Both the position numbers and the translations under genes were made by a program. From Candidatus Multivoradales bacterium (GTDB lineage Bacteria; Acidobacteriota; Thermoanaerobaculia; Multivoradales; Multivoraceae), in NCBI GenBank assembly GCA_965223325.1, contig CBDCWI010000002.1:4128001-4192000 (forward strand): 64,000 bases of DNA, in the 5' to 3' direction. Position 1 is the stretch's first letter. Each line of letters begins with the position of its first letter. Below are positions 1 to 9,391 of the stretch, one piece after another. Under the pieces are notes generated by a model. It saw only the letters and a program-made list of their open reading frames with translations. It did no database searches and was not told where the DNA came from.

Positions 1-2
1 TC

Positions 3-122
3 CTGCCAACCGTTCTGGTGCTGGATCTCGAGGGTGAGGTTGTTTTTGAGTCGCCTGGCGTCGCGGGTGCAGATGAGATTCGTGACACGATTGATGACCT
101 GCTGGCGGCGCCAAGGCGCTGA
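3..122 (+). CDS. 3' end of a thioredoxin-fold (TlpA/redoxin-like) protein, truncated by window edge
   Basis: Frame reads LPTVLVLDLEGEVV...IDDLLAAPRR*; the PTxxxxDxxGxV motif is typical of TlpA-like C-termini. Confidence 0.55.
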   Translation: MPTVLVLDLEGEVVFESPGVAGADEIRDTIDDLLAAPRR

Positions 123-220
123 CGACAGGCCTTCGTCGCCGACGGCAAGATCCATGCTCCGGCGCCCCGCCAGGCCTGGTGTGCCCGCTCGAGAACCGTA
201 ACGACTGCCTTTCTTCGACC

Positions 221-252
221 AAAGAGAAAGGCCGGAGGGACTCCCTCCGGCC
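221..252 (-). terminator. Rho-independent terminator downstream of the OmpA gene
   Basis: Hairpin GGCCGGAGGG-act-CCCTCCGGCC followed on the minus strand by TTTCTCTTT. Confidence 0.7.
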
Positions 253-299
253 GGTTCTCCTCGTCTCGGGTCAGCGTCCGAGATGCCTTCGAGGCCTCC

Positions 300-929
300 T
301 TACTGCAGCACGACGAGGACGACGCGACGATTCTGTTCGCGGCCTTCCTTGGTGCTGTTGTCGGCGATGGGCTCGCTCTCGCCGTAGGAGATCACCGCCA
401 TGCGATGCAATGGAATGCCCTGCTTGCTGAGGTGGCGACGGACGGCTTCGGCCCGCTCGAGGCCCAACTCTTCGTTGTAGGTGTCGGTTCCTGTGGCGTC
501 GGTGTGGCCCTGGATCTCGACGTAAACGTTCTTGTTTTCGCCCTTGAGCCGGGTCACGAAGCCGTTGAGTACGCCGGCCGCCGAGTCGTCGATCTCGGCC
601 TTCTCACTGTCGAAGCGAACGTCGGCGTTGGTGAGCACGGTTTCGTACAACAGCTTGCCCTCGGCGAGCTTCCCGGCTTCGACCGCACGATCCAGGGCGT
701 CCTGGGCGGTCTTCGAGACCTCGGCGATCTCCTTCTCGTTGCTTTCGATGCGCATCTGATTGTTCTCGATCTGGCCTTCGAGATCGTCGACCTGCTGGTC
801 GACGCGCTCGGTGACCCGAGCCTCGGCGGTTGCGATCTCGGCACGGGTGTACTTCTTCGTGGCGCAGCCCTGGGCGATCAGGCCACAGACTGCGACAGCG
901 ACGAGCACCGTGTACTTGCGATTCTTCAT
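300..929 (-). CDS. OmpA/Pal-family lipoprotein
   Basis: AAGGAG RBS before ATG 929; lipobox IAQGC; coiled coil; OmpA C-domain GHTD...YNEELGLERA...NRRV. Confidence 0.9.
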   Translation of the reverse strand: MKNRKYTVLVAVAVCGLIAQGCATKKYTRAEIATAEARVTERVDQQVDDLEGQIENNQMRIESNEKEIAEVSKTAQDALDRAVEAGKLAEGKLLYETVLTNADVRFDSEKAEIDDSAAGVLNGFVTRLKGENKNVYVEIQGHTDATGTDTYNEELGLERAEAVRRHLSKQGIPLHRMAVISYGESEPIADNSTKEGREQNRRVVLVVLQ

Positions 930-1020
930 ACGAATGTTCTCCTTGGTTTCTTTCCCCGTTGTTGGGGAGTTGATTTCTTGAACTCGGAAACTGAAATCTG
1001 TTGGTGCTGCTTGCCTCGCC

Positions 1021-2043
1021 TCAGTCGGGAGCACCGGCCGGTGGTGGCCCAAAGTACCGCGGCCGGTGTCTTGGCTGGCGCTTCCTCCCACGCACTTCGA
1101 TCTCGACGCTGTGAGAGCTCGAAGCACGCGAGCTATCGGCGGCGAAACCGAGCACGTACTGGCGCCGCAGTTCACGCGCGATTTCGGCGGTGACCAGTGC
1201 CAGCTGAGTCGGCGTTCGTGGTCGGTAGTAGCGGCCACCGGTGCCCTTCGCCAAGAGCTCGAGGACGCCAAGTGGCTTATCGCTGGCCGGGGGAGGAGCG
1301 CCAGACGGGTTGAAACGGCTGAGGTCAATGACGTAGACCGGCAGCTCAGTCGAACGTACGTGACGCTCGGCATCTTCGGGGTGGATCACGCTGGCGTTGT
1401 CTTGACCGTCGGTGATGACGACCGCTGCCCGCCGGGTGCGACTGCCGTCGAGAGACACCTCGGGGAGCCAGGTCACGGCGTCGTAGAGCGCTGTGGTGCC
1501 GTGTGCTGTCCAATCGTGACTCAACGTCTGGAGGTCTTCGAGTCGGGCAGTGAAGGGTGCTGCGACGGTCACCTTTTCGCCAGTAAAGGTCACCAGGGAG
1601 ACCTCGTCTTGGGTTCCCATCGCCTTCATGAACCGGGCGAGGGTCTCCTGGCTGGCTTCGATCTTCTCTCTGAGCGCCATGCTTCCCGAGAGGTCTTGGA
1701 GATAGACCACGCTGACCGGCGCATCGAGGCGATTCTCGAAGGTCTCGATGGCGACCGGTCGGCCGTCGACCCGCAGGTTGAAGTCGCGAACATCGAGGCC
1801 ATCGGCGAGCTGGGTTCCCTGGAGAACCACGGTGGGAATCAACACCCAGCGGACCGCGATCGTGTCGTTGAAAACGTAGCGGGGATCAATTCCCGGCGCG
1901 TCTTCCTGGGCGGCGGCCGAGGCTGCGGCAAGCACCAGCAACGTGAAAACCGGGCCCAGAAGGCTCTGGTAGCCTGCCCTTCTGGCCGCTGGGCTCGGCT
2001 CTCTCAAGCAGGTCAGGCTGGCAGAGGGGTGCCGTTTTGCCAC
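1021..2043 (-). CDS. VWA domain-containing protein (acidobacterial type); start uncertain
   Basis: Signal peptide; MIDAS DLSGSM, GTTALYDA, VITDGQDN, TGGRYY, LRRQYVLGF. Confidence 0.85.
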   Translation of the reverse strand: MAKRHPSASLTCLREPSPAARRAGYQSLLGPVFTLLVLAAASAAAQEDAPGIDPRYVFNDTIAVRWVLIPTVVLQGTQLADGLDVRDFNLRVDGRPVAIETFENRLDAPVSVVYLQDLSGSMALREKIEASQETLARFMKAMGTQDEVSLVTFTGEKVTVAAPFTARLEDLQTLSHDWTAHGTTALYDAVTWLPEVSLDGSRTRRAAVVITDGQDNASVIHPEDAERHVRSTELPVYVIDLSRFNPSGAPPPASDKPLGVLELLAKGTGGRYYRPRTPTQLALVTAEIARELRRQYVLGFAADSSRASSSHSVEIEVRGRKRQPRHRPRYFGPPPAGAPD

Positions 2044-2122
2044 CTTGACCGACCGGTCGGTAGCTTTGTTTGATCCCCCCACTGGGCCCGAAGTACTGAG
2101 GCGTGAGATGCCCGAAGAGTCC

Positions 2123-2368
2123 ATGATCAACATCCGCAACCTATCGATCAAGTGCGGTCATTGCGACACGTACCAGACACTCTGCGGTTTTCGTAGATTA
2201 GAGGATTGGAACGTGTATGTGTATGAATGCGAGAATGATGCCTGCGATCCAGCCGTAACGAGGACCCTGCTCGAAGTCCCCGTCAGTATGGACGAGTTTG
2301 CCACTCGCGACCCGAACTGGAAAGGCGGCGGGCGGCACGGTGCCGAGGGTCGCTCTGAGGGCACGTGA
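2123..2368 (+). CDS. Small Cys-rich (zinc-ribbon-like) hypothetical protein
   Basis: CGHC...C-x4-C pattern; protein-like composition. Confidence 0.65.
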   Translation: MINIRNLSIKCGHCDTYQTLCGFRRLEDWNVYVYECENDACDPAVTRTLLEVPVSMDEFATRDPNWKGGGRHGAEGRSEGT

Positions 2369-2462
2369 CGGTCTCTGTCACCTGCTGGCGGGGCTACGCA
2401 TGGCGCTCGTGGTGCTCGGTTGCGTGTGTTAGCTTCGCGCCGTCCAAAGGAGCTCCATTGTT

Positions 2463-3530
2463 TTGAAGAACATCGTCCACGTAGTAGGTACCGGCACCAT
2501 CGGCGAGCCGCTCATCGGCCTATTCACCGACTTCGCTGACAAGATGAACATTGATGAGGTGACGTTTCACAAACGGACGCCGCTTCACACCGACAAGTCC
2601 CGCCTCGAGCATTTGATGGGGCGCGGCGCACGCCTGGCAGTCGGCGACGACGTCCGCAAAGACTTCGAGGACCTCGGCCACAAAGTCTCGCTGAGTTCGG
2701 AAGAGGCGCTCGAGCGTGCCACCGTAGTCATCGACTGCACGCCGGCCGGGAATCAGAACAAAGAGCGGTTCTACTCGCAGCTCGATGGCCCGCGCGGCTT
2801 TCTCGCCCAGGGTAGCGAGTTCGGCTTTGGCAAACCCTATGCGCGAGGAATCAACGACGATGTCCTCGTCCCCGGAGAAGACCGGTTCCTGCAGATCGTT
2901 TCCTGCAACACGCACAACATCACGACGCTGGTCAAGACGGTTTGCTGCAGTGGTGACGATGGCGCCTTTTCTCTCGACCGCGCGCGTTTCGTTTGCATTC
3001 GCCGGGCGAACGACATCACCCAGTCAAACTCGTTCATTCCGTCGCCTCAGGTCGGCAAGCACGGAGACCCCCGCTTCGGTACTCATCACGCGCGCGACGC
3101 GGCTGCGGTCTTTGAAACCATCGGTGCCAACCTCGACCTGTTCTCGAGTGCTCTCAAGGTGAACACGCAGTACATGCATTCGATCTGGTTCAACCTCGAG
3201 ACCAACGAGCCCGACCTCGATACCGTCGAAGTCATCCGTCGCCTGCAGGCCAATGCGCGGGTGGCGCTGACCCAGAAACTCGACGCCAACCTGATCTTCA
3301 GCTTCGGGCGCGATCATGGTTACTACGGGCGAATCCTTTCGCAAACTGTCGTTGCTGAACCAACGCTCACGGTTCGAGACGGAGAGATCTTCGGGTTCTG
3401 TTTCACGCCGCAAGACGGCAACTCCCTCCTGTCGTCGGTTGCCGCGGCGTTGTGGTTGATCGATCCCGACCGGGACAGCGTGCGCGAGCGCCTGTCACCG
3501 CTCAGACGCTGGCTCTATACCGAGATCTGA
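2463..3530 (+). CDS. Class II (archaeal-type) glyceraldehyde-3-phosphate dehydrogenase-like protein
   Basis: GTGTIG Rossmann motif, VIDCTP, catalytic VSCNT, RRAND, THHA; AAGGAG RBS before TTG. Confidence 0.75.
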   Translation: MKNIVHVVGTGTIGEPLIGLFTDFADKMNIDEVTFHKRTPLHTDKSRLEHLMGRGARLAVGDDVRKDFEDLGHKVSLSSEEALERATVVIDCTPAGNQNKERFYSQLDGPRGFLAQGSEFGFGKPYARGINDDVLVPGEDRFLQIVSCNTHNITTLVKTVCCSGDDGAFSLDRARFVCIRRANDITQSNSFIPSPQVGKHGDPRFGTHHARDAAAVFETIGANLDLFSSALKVNTQYMHSIWFNLETNEPDLDTVEVIRRLQANARVALTQKLDANLIFSFGRDHGYYGRILSQTVVAEPTLTVRDGEIFGFCFTPQDGNSLLSSVAAALWLIDPDRDSVRERLSPLRRWLYTEI

Positions 3531-3621
3531 GTCCCGACGACTCGGGTGGAGGGCGAACCGCCCGGCCGGCGAGTGACAGCGGGTGAGACGGGAGCGTAAG
3601 GAACCACCCGAGAAACCCGCC

Positions 3622-4866
3622 ATGACATCGCAACAGCCGGAAAACCCCGATCAAGCCGCAGGCGAGACCGCTCAGCAGCTTGCGTCGCTCGAAGAAGCCG
3701 AGCTGACGATTGAGAAGATCGTCGCTGGTGGAGAGGGGCTGGCGCGTTGGTTCGGTGCTGCGATCCTGGTGCGCGGCGTCGCCGCGGGTGACCGGGTACG
3801 GGTCAGAGTCAGGGAGCGTCATCCCACCTGGGCGCGCGCCGAGTTGCTCGAGGTGATCGAGAGAGGTCCCGGGCGCCGTGCTGCTCCTTGCCCGTACTAC
3901 GACCGTTGCGGCGGTTGCGACATGCAGCATCTCGATGAAGAAACGCAGGTTCAGGCCAAGGTCGACGCCGCGCGCGAGGCTATCGAACGCCTCGGCGGAA
4001 TCGAGATCAAAGACTGCCAGGTCATCAAGGGCGATCGCTGGGCATTCAGACGTCGTGCGCAGTTTCAGATCGCCCCTTCTGAGGACGGCCCGCCGCGCGT
4101 TGGTTACTACGCTCGGGGAACTCACGAAGTCGTGCCTGTAGACCGGTGCCCGATCCTGGTGCCGGAGCTCGACGAGTTACTCGAACGCCTACCAGTTCTC
4201 TTGCCCGAGAATCCACCCCGGCGCCTCGACGTCGCCGCTGCTGACGACGGTCGCGTGGCCTGTGCGCCGCTCGTCGGTGACCTTCCCGGTGGCGAACTCT
4301 CGTTGGCGGCGAGTGGCAACCTGTTGCGCTTCGATGCTCGCTGTTTTACCCAGGGTCATCGTCAACTGACGCCAGAGCTGGTGCGCGTCGCCGTCCCCGA
4401 TCGAGCCGAGGGAGAACCTCCGTACGAGGTGGCCTACGATCTCTTTGCGGGCGTGGGTCTCTTCGCTTCTGCGCTGGCTCCTCAGACCAAGCGGTTGATT
4501 GCGGTCGAGGGTGACCGGGTCGCGGCGACGTGGGCCAGGCGTAACCTCAAGCGCCATCGGCACGCGACGGTGGTTCACCAGCGTGCCGAGCGCTACGCCA
4601 AGCAACTCGAGGCCGGTGCCGACCTGGTGCTCGTCGACCCGCCGCGATCCGGCCTGCCCCGGCCGCTACGTCGTGCTTTGCGCTCGCGGTCACCCCGGCA
4701 CCTGACCTACGTGTCCTGCCATGCGGCGACCCTGGCGCGTGACCTGAAGGAATTCGGCGACCGATTCCGGGTGCTTTCGGTGACCTTCCTCGATCTCTTT
4801 CCCCAGACCTCGCACCTCGAGACCGTTGTTCACCTGGAACGGGTTCAGAGACTGGCGGTTGAATAG
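3622..4866 (+). CDS. rlmD: TRAM-domain 23S rRNA m5U methyltransferase (RlmD/TrmA family)
   Basis: TRAM N-terminus, CPYYDRCGGC Fe-S motif, DLFAGVG, DPPRSG, YVSC, DLFPQTSHLE. Confidence 0.85.
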   Translation: MTSQQPENPDQAAGETAQQLASLEEAELTIEKIVAGGEGLARWFGAAILVRGVAAGDRVRVRVRERHPTWARAELLEVIERGPGRRAAPCPYYDRCGGCDMQHLDEETQVQAKVDAAREAIERLGGIEIKDCQVIKGDRWAFRRRAQFQIAPSEDGPPRVGYYARGTHEVVPVDRCPILVPELDELLERLPVLLPENPPRRLDVAAADDGRVACAPLVGDLPGGELSLAASGNLLRFDARCFTQGHRQLTPELVRVAVPDRAEGEPPYEVAYDLFAGVGLFASALAPQTKRLIAVEGDRVAATWARRNLKRHRHATVVHQRAERYAKQLEAGADLVLVDPPRSGLPRPLRRALRSRSPRHLTYVSCHAATLARDLKEFGDRFRVLSVTFLDLFPQTSHLETVVHLERVQRLAVE

Positions 4867-4892
4867 ACTGGAACGCGGAGGAACGCCCGCTC

Positions 4893-5378
4893 ATGTCCAG
4901 TTACCACATCGTGCTTGCCAAGGAGAACTTCAAGTTCTCAGCCGGACACTTCACAGTGTTCTCGAACGAGCATGCCGAGTTGCTGCACGGTCACAACTAC
5001 AAGGTCCAGGTCGAGCTGCACAGCGAAGAGCTCGATGGACTCGGTTTCGTCGTCGACTTCGCCGGCGTCAAACAACGCGTGCGCGAAGTCTGTGCACAGC
5101 TGGACGAACGCATCCTGCTACCCGAGCAGTGCCGTCACCTCGAAACCAGTCGCGATGGATCACAGATCGAGGTGGCCTTTGGCGACCGTCGGTACCAGTT
5201 GCCGTTCGAGGACGTCGTGCTCCTTCCGCTGGTGAATACGACCGTCGAACTCTTGGCCCAATGGCTGTGGGAGCAGATCGTACCCGCCGTCGTGGGAACC
5301 TCCGTTGAGGTCATGTCGGTCGACGTCGAGGAGACCGCTGGCCAGCGCGCCGGCTTCAGGGCCGCCGTGCCTTCGTAG
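4893..5378 (+). CDS. queD: 6-carboxytetrahydropterin synthase (QueD/PTPS family)
   Basis: FSAGH, LHGHNY, VVDF, TTVE..A, VEET motifs. Confidence 0.85.
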   Translation: MSSYHIVLAKENFKFSAGHFTVFSNEHAELLHGHNYKVQVELHSEELDGLGFVVDFAGVKQRVREVCAQLDERILLPEQCRHLETSRDGSQIEVAFGDRRYQLPFEDVVLLPLVNTTVELLAQWLWEQIVPAVVGTSVEVMSVDVEETAGQRAGFRAAVPS

Positions 5379-5383
5379 CTTCT

Positions 5384-6031
5384 CTAGCGATAGGGGCGCG
5401 GGATACCGCGTTGCTGCTCGATGCGGCGGCGCGCGTCGCGGCGACGGTCGGGCTGGAAGAAGATCGTCTCGTCGCCCTCCCTGGTGAAGCGATAGTGCTT
5501 GTTCGGTTTGCGACCGGTAAGACCCGCTGAGCTTGTCTTGGGGTAACTCCACAAGGCCACGTCGCCATCGAGGACATTGCGGTTCTCCTCCCAGTCCTTT
5601 TCCTCGGGCTCACCAAAGAGAACGAAGATCGTTCCGCGGTCGCTGCGATGGCCAGTCGAGGTTCCTTCCCGGAAGAGCTTGTCGGCTTCTTCGCGACGCT
5701 CATCGTATGTCGCACGAACGTCAGAGTTTTTCTTCCAGAAATCCTCGATGAACCGTTCCGCTTCCTCGTCGGTGACCAGTTTGAGGTAGCTGTTGATGCC
5801 CTTTTCGCCCAACATCCAGGAAATCGGCCCGACCATCCAACGCGCATGTTTCGGGCTGAGGAGTGGGTTGGTCAGGTCGCCGGGCTCGATATGGCGTGGG
5901 TTCTTAGGGTTGGGAACCCAGTCATCTCCAGCTCCAGCACTGGTAGCGGCGAGCGCGACCAGAACGAGAGCAGCGAGGAGCGAGTGGGAGAGGGACATCA
6001 GGGTTCTCGGGACCTTGCGAGTGCTCTTCAT
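5384..6031 (-). CDS. GWxTD-domain-like secreted protein
   Basis: Signal peptide; FIEDFWK...R.EEADKLF...GHRSDRGTIFVLFGEP (variant of GWxTDRGxxYIxxGPP). Confidence 0.75.
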   Translation of the reverse strand: MKSTRKVPRTLMSLSHSLLAALVLVALAATSAGAGDDWVPNPKNPRHIEPGDLTNPLLSPKHARWMVGPISWMLGEKGINSYLKLVTDEEAERFIEDFWKKNSDVRATYDERREEADKLFREGTSTGHRSDRGTIFVLFGEPEEKDWEENRNVLDGDVALWSYPKTSSAGLTGRKPNKHYRFTREGDETIFFQPDRRRDARRRIEQQRGIPRPYR

Positions 6032-6072
6032 GAGGACCTTCTTGGCGGTGGTCGGTAGGGGGCATCGACTCG

Positions 6073-6100
6073 AACACCGAAAGGCTCCGAGATAGTTCCG
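6073..6100 (-). promoter_or_regulatory. Possible ECF sigma-factor promoter for the GWxTD-like gene
   Basis: Minus strand GGAACT-N16-GTGTTC about 40 bp upstream of the start. Confidence 0.35.
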
Positions 6101-6164
6101 AACGCAAGACGTTCAGCGCTCCGAAGCCAGATTCTAGTCAAGGACTCGAAAGGGTCGAACAGAA

Positions 6165-7048
6165 CGTTTCATGGAAGCACGGATCCGCGGTGCGCGAGGG
6201 CTTATCGCAGTCGAAGAAGGCAAGTGCAGTTCGGCAGTCGAAGACGGTCGGCGCAGCCAGGTGGAGTCGGGCGGACCGTCGCAGTCCAGGAACTCAACCG
6301 CAGGTGGCAGGTCGAATCCGGGATGGACTCGACCCCCTTCAAGCTGTCGCCGCAATCCCGATCCGAAGACAACCGTTTCATGGAAGCACGGATCCGCGGT
6401 GCGCGACGGGCCATCGCAGCCTAAGAAGGCAAGTGCAGTTCGGCAGTCGAAGACGGTCGGCGCAGCCAGGTGGAGTCGGGCGGACCGTCGCAGTCCAGGA
6501 ACTCAACCGCAGGTGGCAGGTCGAATCCGGGATGGACTCGACCCCCTTCAAGCTGTCGCCGCAATCCCGATCCGAAGACAACCGTTTCATGGAAGCACGG
6601 ATCCGCGGGGCGCGACGGGCCATCGCAGTCGAAGAAGGCAAGTGCAGTTCGGCAGTCGAAGACGGTCGGCGCAGCCAGGTGGAGTCGGGCGGACCGTCGC
6701 AGTCCAGGAACTCAACCGCAGGTGGCAGGTCGAATCCGGGATGGACTCGACCCCCTTCAAGCTGTCGCCGCAATCCCGATCCGAAGACAACCGTTTCATG
6801 GAAGCACGGATCCGCGGGGCGCGACGGGCCATCGCAGTCGAAGAAGGCAAGTGCAGTTCGGCAGTCGAAGACGGTCGGCGCAGTCAGGTGGAGTCGGGCG
6901 GACCCTCGCAGTCCAGGAACTCAACCGCAGGTGGCAGGTCGAATCCGGGATGGACTCGACCCCCTTCAAGGTGTCGCCGCAATCCCGATCCGAAGACAAC
7001 CGTTTCATGGAAGCACGGATCCGCGGGGCGCGACGGGCCATCGCAGTC
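6165..7048. repeat. Tandem repeat, 209-bp unit, ~4.2 near-identical copies
   Basis: ATGGAAGCACGGATCC recurs at 6171, 6380, 6589, 6798 and 7007 (period 209). Confidence 0.97.
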
Positions 7049-7230
7049 TAAGTACGCAACTGCAGGGCGGCCGCTGGTGAATCCGGCCCGCCCCCCGGAC
7101 CGCTTGCCCCGCAAGAGTGACTCTAGCGACGGTCGTGGTAACCACCCACCGCCGAAGCCAAACAGAAACCCGCTCCCACCGCCCGACCCAACGCCACGAC
7201 GACCCAAAAGCCGACAAACCACGGCCGTCG

Positions 7231-8244
7231 CTAGATCTTGGGAGCCGTCTGGTAGCGGATCTCCTCGATCAGCTTGCTGGTCATGGCCTTCCATTGACCG
7301 GGTGGAAACGCGGTGGGTGGCGCGGTCATCTCGACGATGCCGTGGGGACCGTCGTTGGTCACCTTGAGCCGTAGGTCACCCCAGATAATCGCCCAGCTCG
7401 GGGTCACCTCAATGTGTGGGCTGAACGGTAGCTGCAGTTCGTTCAGCGAATCGACCACCGCACCCAGCAAACCACCGGAGCCTGGTTCGTAGGCGACGGT
7501 GAACTGGGCCCGAGTGGCGTGTGATCCCGGCTGAGGCTTCCAGGTGTCGCTGTTGACAAGCTGTTGGTATTCGGGTCGCAGGCCGATGCCGTCGAAGTTC
7601 GAGTCGGCCTTGGCCCGCAAGCGGACGCGCTCGTCGACCGCGATGGCCTGGCCGAGATGTTCGATGGCGAGAGCGGCATAACCTGCGAGGGCGTAGTTGG
7701 TGGCGACGAGGTAGAGCGCGTCGGCCTTCTCTGGCGCGCGTTGAATATGGGTGTTGAAACGCTCCGTGGCCTCCTTGAGGTTGCCCAAGAGGAGCTCCGC
7801 GGCACCGAGGTTGAGATCGCCGTCGACCGACTGCGGGTCGAGGTCGCGCGCCTTGGCGAAGGCATCCCGCGCCTGTTGGTAGCGCTCCGCTGCCATCTCG
7901 ATTGCGCCGAGGGTCATCCAGGCTTGACGCAGAGACGGGTCGATTTCGGTCGCCTGGCGCAGATCGAGAGCGCCGCCGTCGTTGTCGCCAAGGAGAATGC
8001 GCGCCGTACTTCGTAGCAGGTAGGCGTCTGCTGAGATGTTCTTCTTGCCTTTGGCGATCACCCCGTCAAGGGTAGCGAGCGCGCCCTCGTAGTCACCCGA
8101 CTCGAGCGATTGTTGAGCCGCCGCCAGCGGACCACTCGTTTGCGCCGGCAGGTGGCCGGGCGGGAAGACCAGAGCGAGGGTCAAAAACGCAGACATTGCG
8201 AAGGTCGACGTTCTCTTGCGTTTCCCCATGGCTACGGTTCCCAT
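7231..8244 (-). CDS. Secreted tetratricopeptide-repeat protein
   Basis: Signal peptide and multiple TPR-like helices (A..IDP...AW..LG). Confidence 0.8.
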   Translation of the reverse strand: MGTVAMGKRKRTSTFAMSAFLTLALVFPPGHLPAQTSGPLAAAQQSLESGDYEGALATLDGVIAKGKKNISADAYLLRSTARILLGDNDGGALDLRQATEIDPSLRQAWMTLGAIEMAAERYQQARDAFAKARDLDPQSVDGDLNLGAAELLLGNLKEATERFNTHIQRAPEKADALYLVATNYALAGYAALAIEHLGQAIAVDERVRLRAKADSNFDGIGLRPEYQQLVNSDTWKPQPGSHATRAQFTVAYEPGSGGLLGAVVDSLNELQLPFSPHIEVTPSWAIIWGDLRLKVTNDGPHGIVEMTAPPTAFPPGQWKAMTSKLIEEIRYQTAPKI

Positions 8245-8248
8245 GAGC

Positions 8249-9343
8249 TCAGGCTCCCGCCCGGGTTCGTGCGTTGGGGTCGAGTGCGGCTTCGATTTCA
8301 GCGACATCGATCATCAATGCCTCGGACTGTATCTGGCCCTCAGGATCGAACTCATAGTCGCGAATCACGCGCCGGAAGACTTCTTTGAGCGCCCGTGCTC
8401 CGAGACGCTTCTGCACTGCGGCGTGTTCGGCGATGCGCTGGACGGCTGCCGGTGACAAGGCGAGGTCGATTCCCTGCCTGGCGAAAAACTGGCGCGCCTG
8501 AAGATACGAAGACTCCTTCGAGCGCAAGAAGATGTCGATCAGTTGGGGGATGCCGAGGGTCTCGAGCAACACGATCGAATCGAAACGTGACAAGAACTGC
8601 GGGCTCATGCCGTAGTCAAAGAGGTCCTGCGAGCGCAACCAGTCGCGTAGCTTGAACGGTAGCTCCTCGCGCACCTGGCCGTTCTCGACCACGGTGACGG
8701 GCTTGAGAGCGCCACGATCGTCTCCGACGGTCACGCGGTCGAACACCGCGTCGTACAGACCTTCGAAGGCGCCTGCACAGACGAAGAGCAGGTTGCTCGA
8801 ATCAATCGTCGCTACGCCACCGCCAGCCCATGACGGCAATTCGAAGGTGACCGCCTCGTTCTCGATCAGGGTCAGGAGCGCTTCTTGGGCGCGGATACCG
8901 GTGGTGTTGGCCTCGCCCTCAACGTGTGAGCGGATCTTGTCGACCTCGTCGACGAAAACCAGGCCCTGGCTTGCCTGCGCGATCAGCTTCTCGACCGGAG
9001 TGTCAGGGCCGAACTGATCGCGGGCGCGCTCGAGGAGGCGTTGGATCAAAACCTCGCCCGGGTGCCCCGACAGCGCCTCTTCGCCGAGGATGTTGGCGTG
9101 GATGCGCACCACGGTCGACCGGCTGGCCAGCTGCGCGTTGCTCGCCAACATGGTCTCCACGGCGCGCATCAGCGTCGTTTTGCCAGAGCCGGACGAGCCG
9201 ATCAAGAGGATGTTGCCGGTTGGCAGGCCAGCGAGCTTCTTGGCCAGCGCCACCGACATCTCGCGGACGGCCTCCTGTTGCCCCAGGACCGTCTTTTCGA
9301 GAGCCTCTGCGATGCGCCGGGGCGCCAGTGGAAGACCTGACAT
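8249..9343 (-). CDS. ClpX/HslU-like AAA+ ATPase lacking the N-terminal zinc-binding domain
   Basis: VLGQQEA, Walker A GSSGSGKT, Walker B FVDEVDKI, LFVCAGAF, PQFLSRF, LGARAL. Confidence 0.8.
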   Translation of the reverse strand: MSGLPLAPRRIAEALEKTVLGQQEAVREMSVALAKKLAGLPTGNILLIGSSGSGKTTLMRAVETMLASNAQLASRSTVVRIHANILGEEALSGHPGEVLIQRLLERARDQFGPDTPVEKLIAQASQGLVFVDEVDKIRSHVEGEANTTGIRAQEALLTLIENEAVTFELPSWAGGGVATIDSSNLLFVCAGAFEGLYDAVFDRVTVGDDRGALKPVTVVENGQVREELPFKLRDWLRSQDLFDYGMSPQFLSRFDSIVLLETLGIPQLIDIFLRSKESSYLQARQFFARQGIDLALSPAAVQRIAEHAAVQKRLGARALKEVFRRVIRDYEFDPEGQIQSEALMIDVAEIEAALDPNARTRAGA

Positions 9344-9391
9344 ACGAGGAATACTATGACATCGAACGGGCGCTCTGCTCGCCAGTGGGCT

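Noticed and set aside
300-1373. Extended N-termini in the ORF track (OmpA from 1373, epimerase from 11324, TPR from 29300, DUF4870 from 51823)
   Set aside because: The extensions overlap neighbouring genes or lack homology; internal starts fit better.
6165-7048. CRISPR array
   Set aside because: The units are 209 bp and essentially identical, with no unique spacers and no cas genes.
6171-7367. 398-aa and 296-aa ORFs across the tandem repeat as real genes
   Set aside because: They arise from frame rotation through a stop-poor repeat, have no recognisable domain, and the longer one overlaps the TPR gene antisense.
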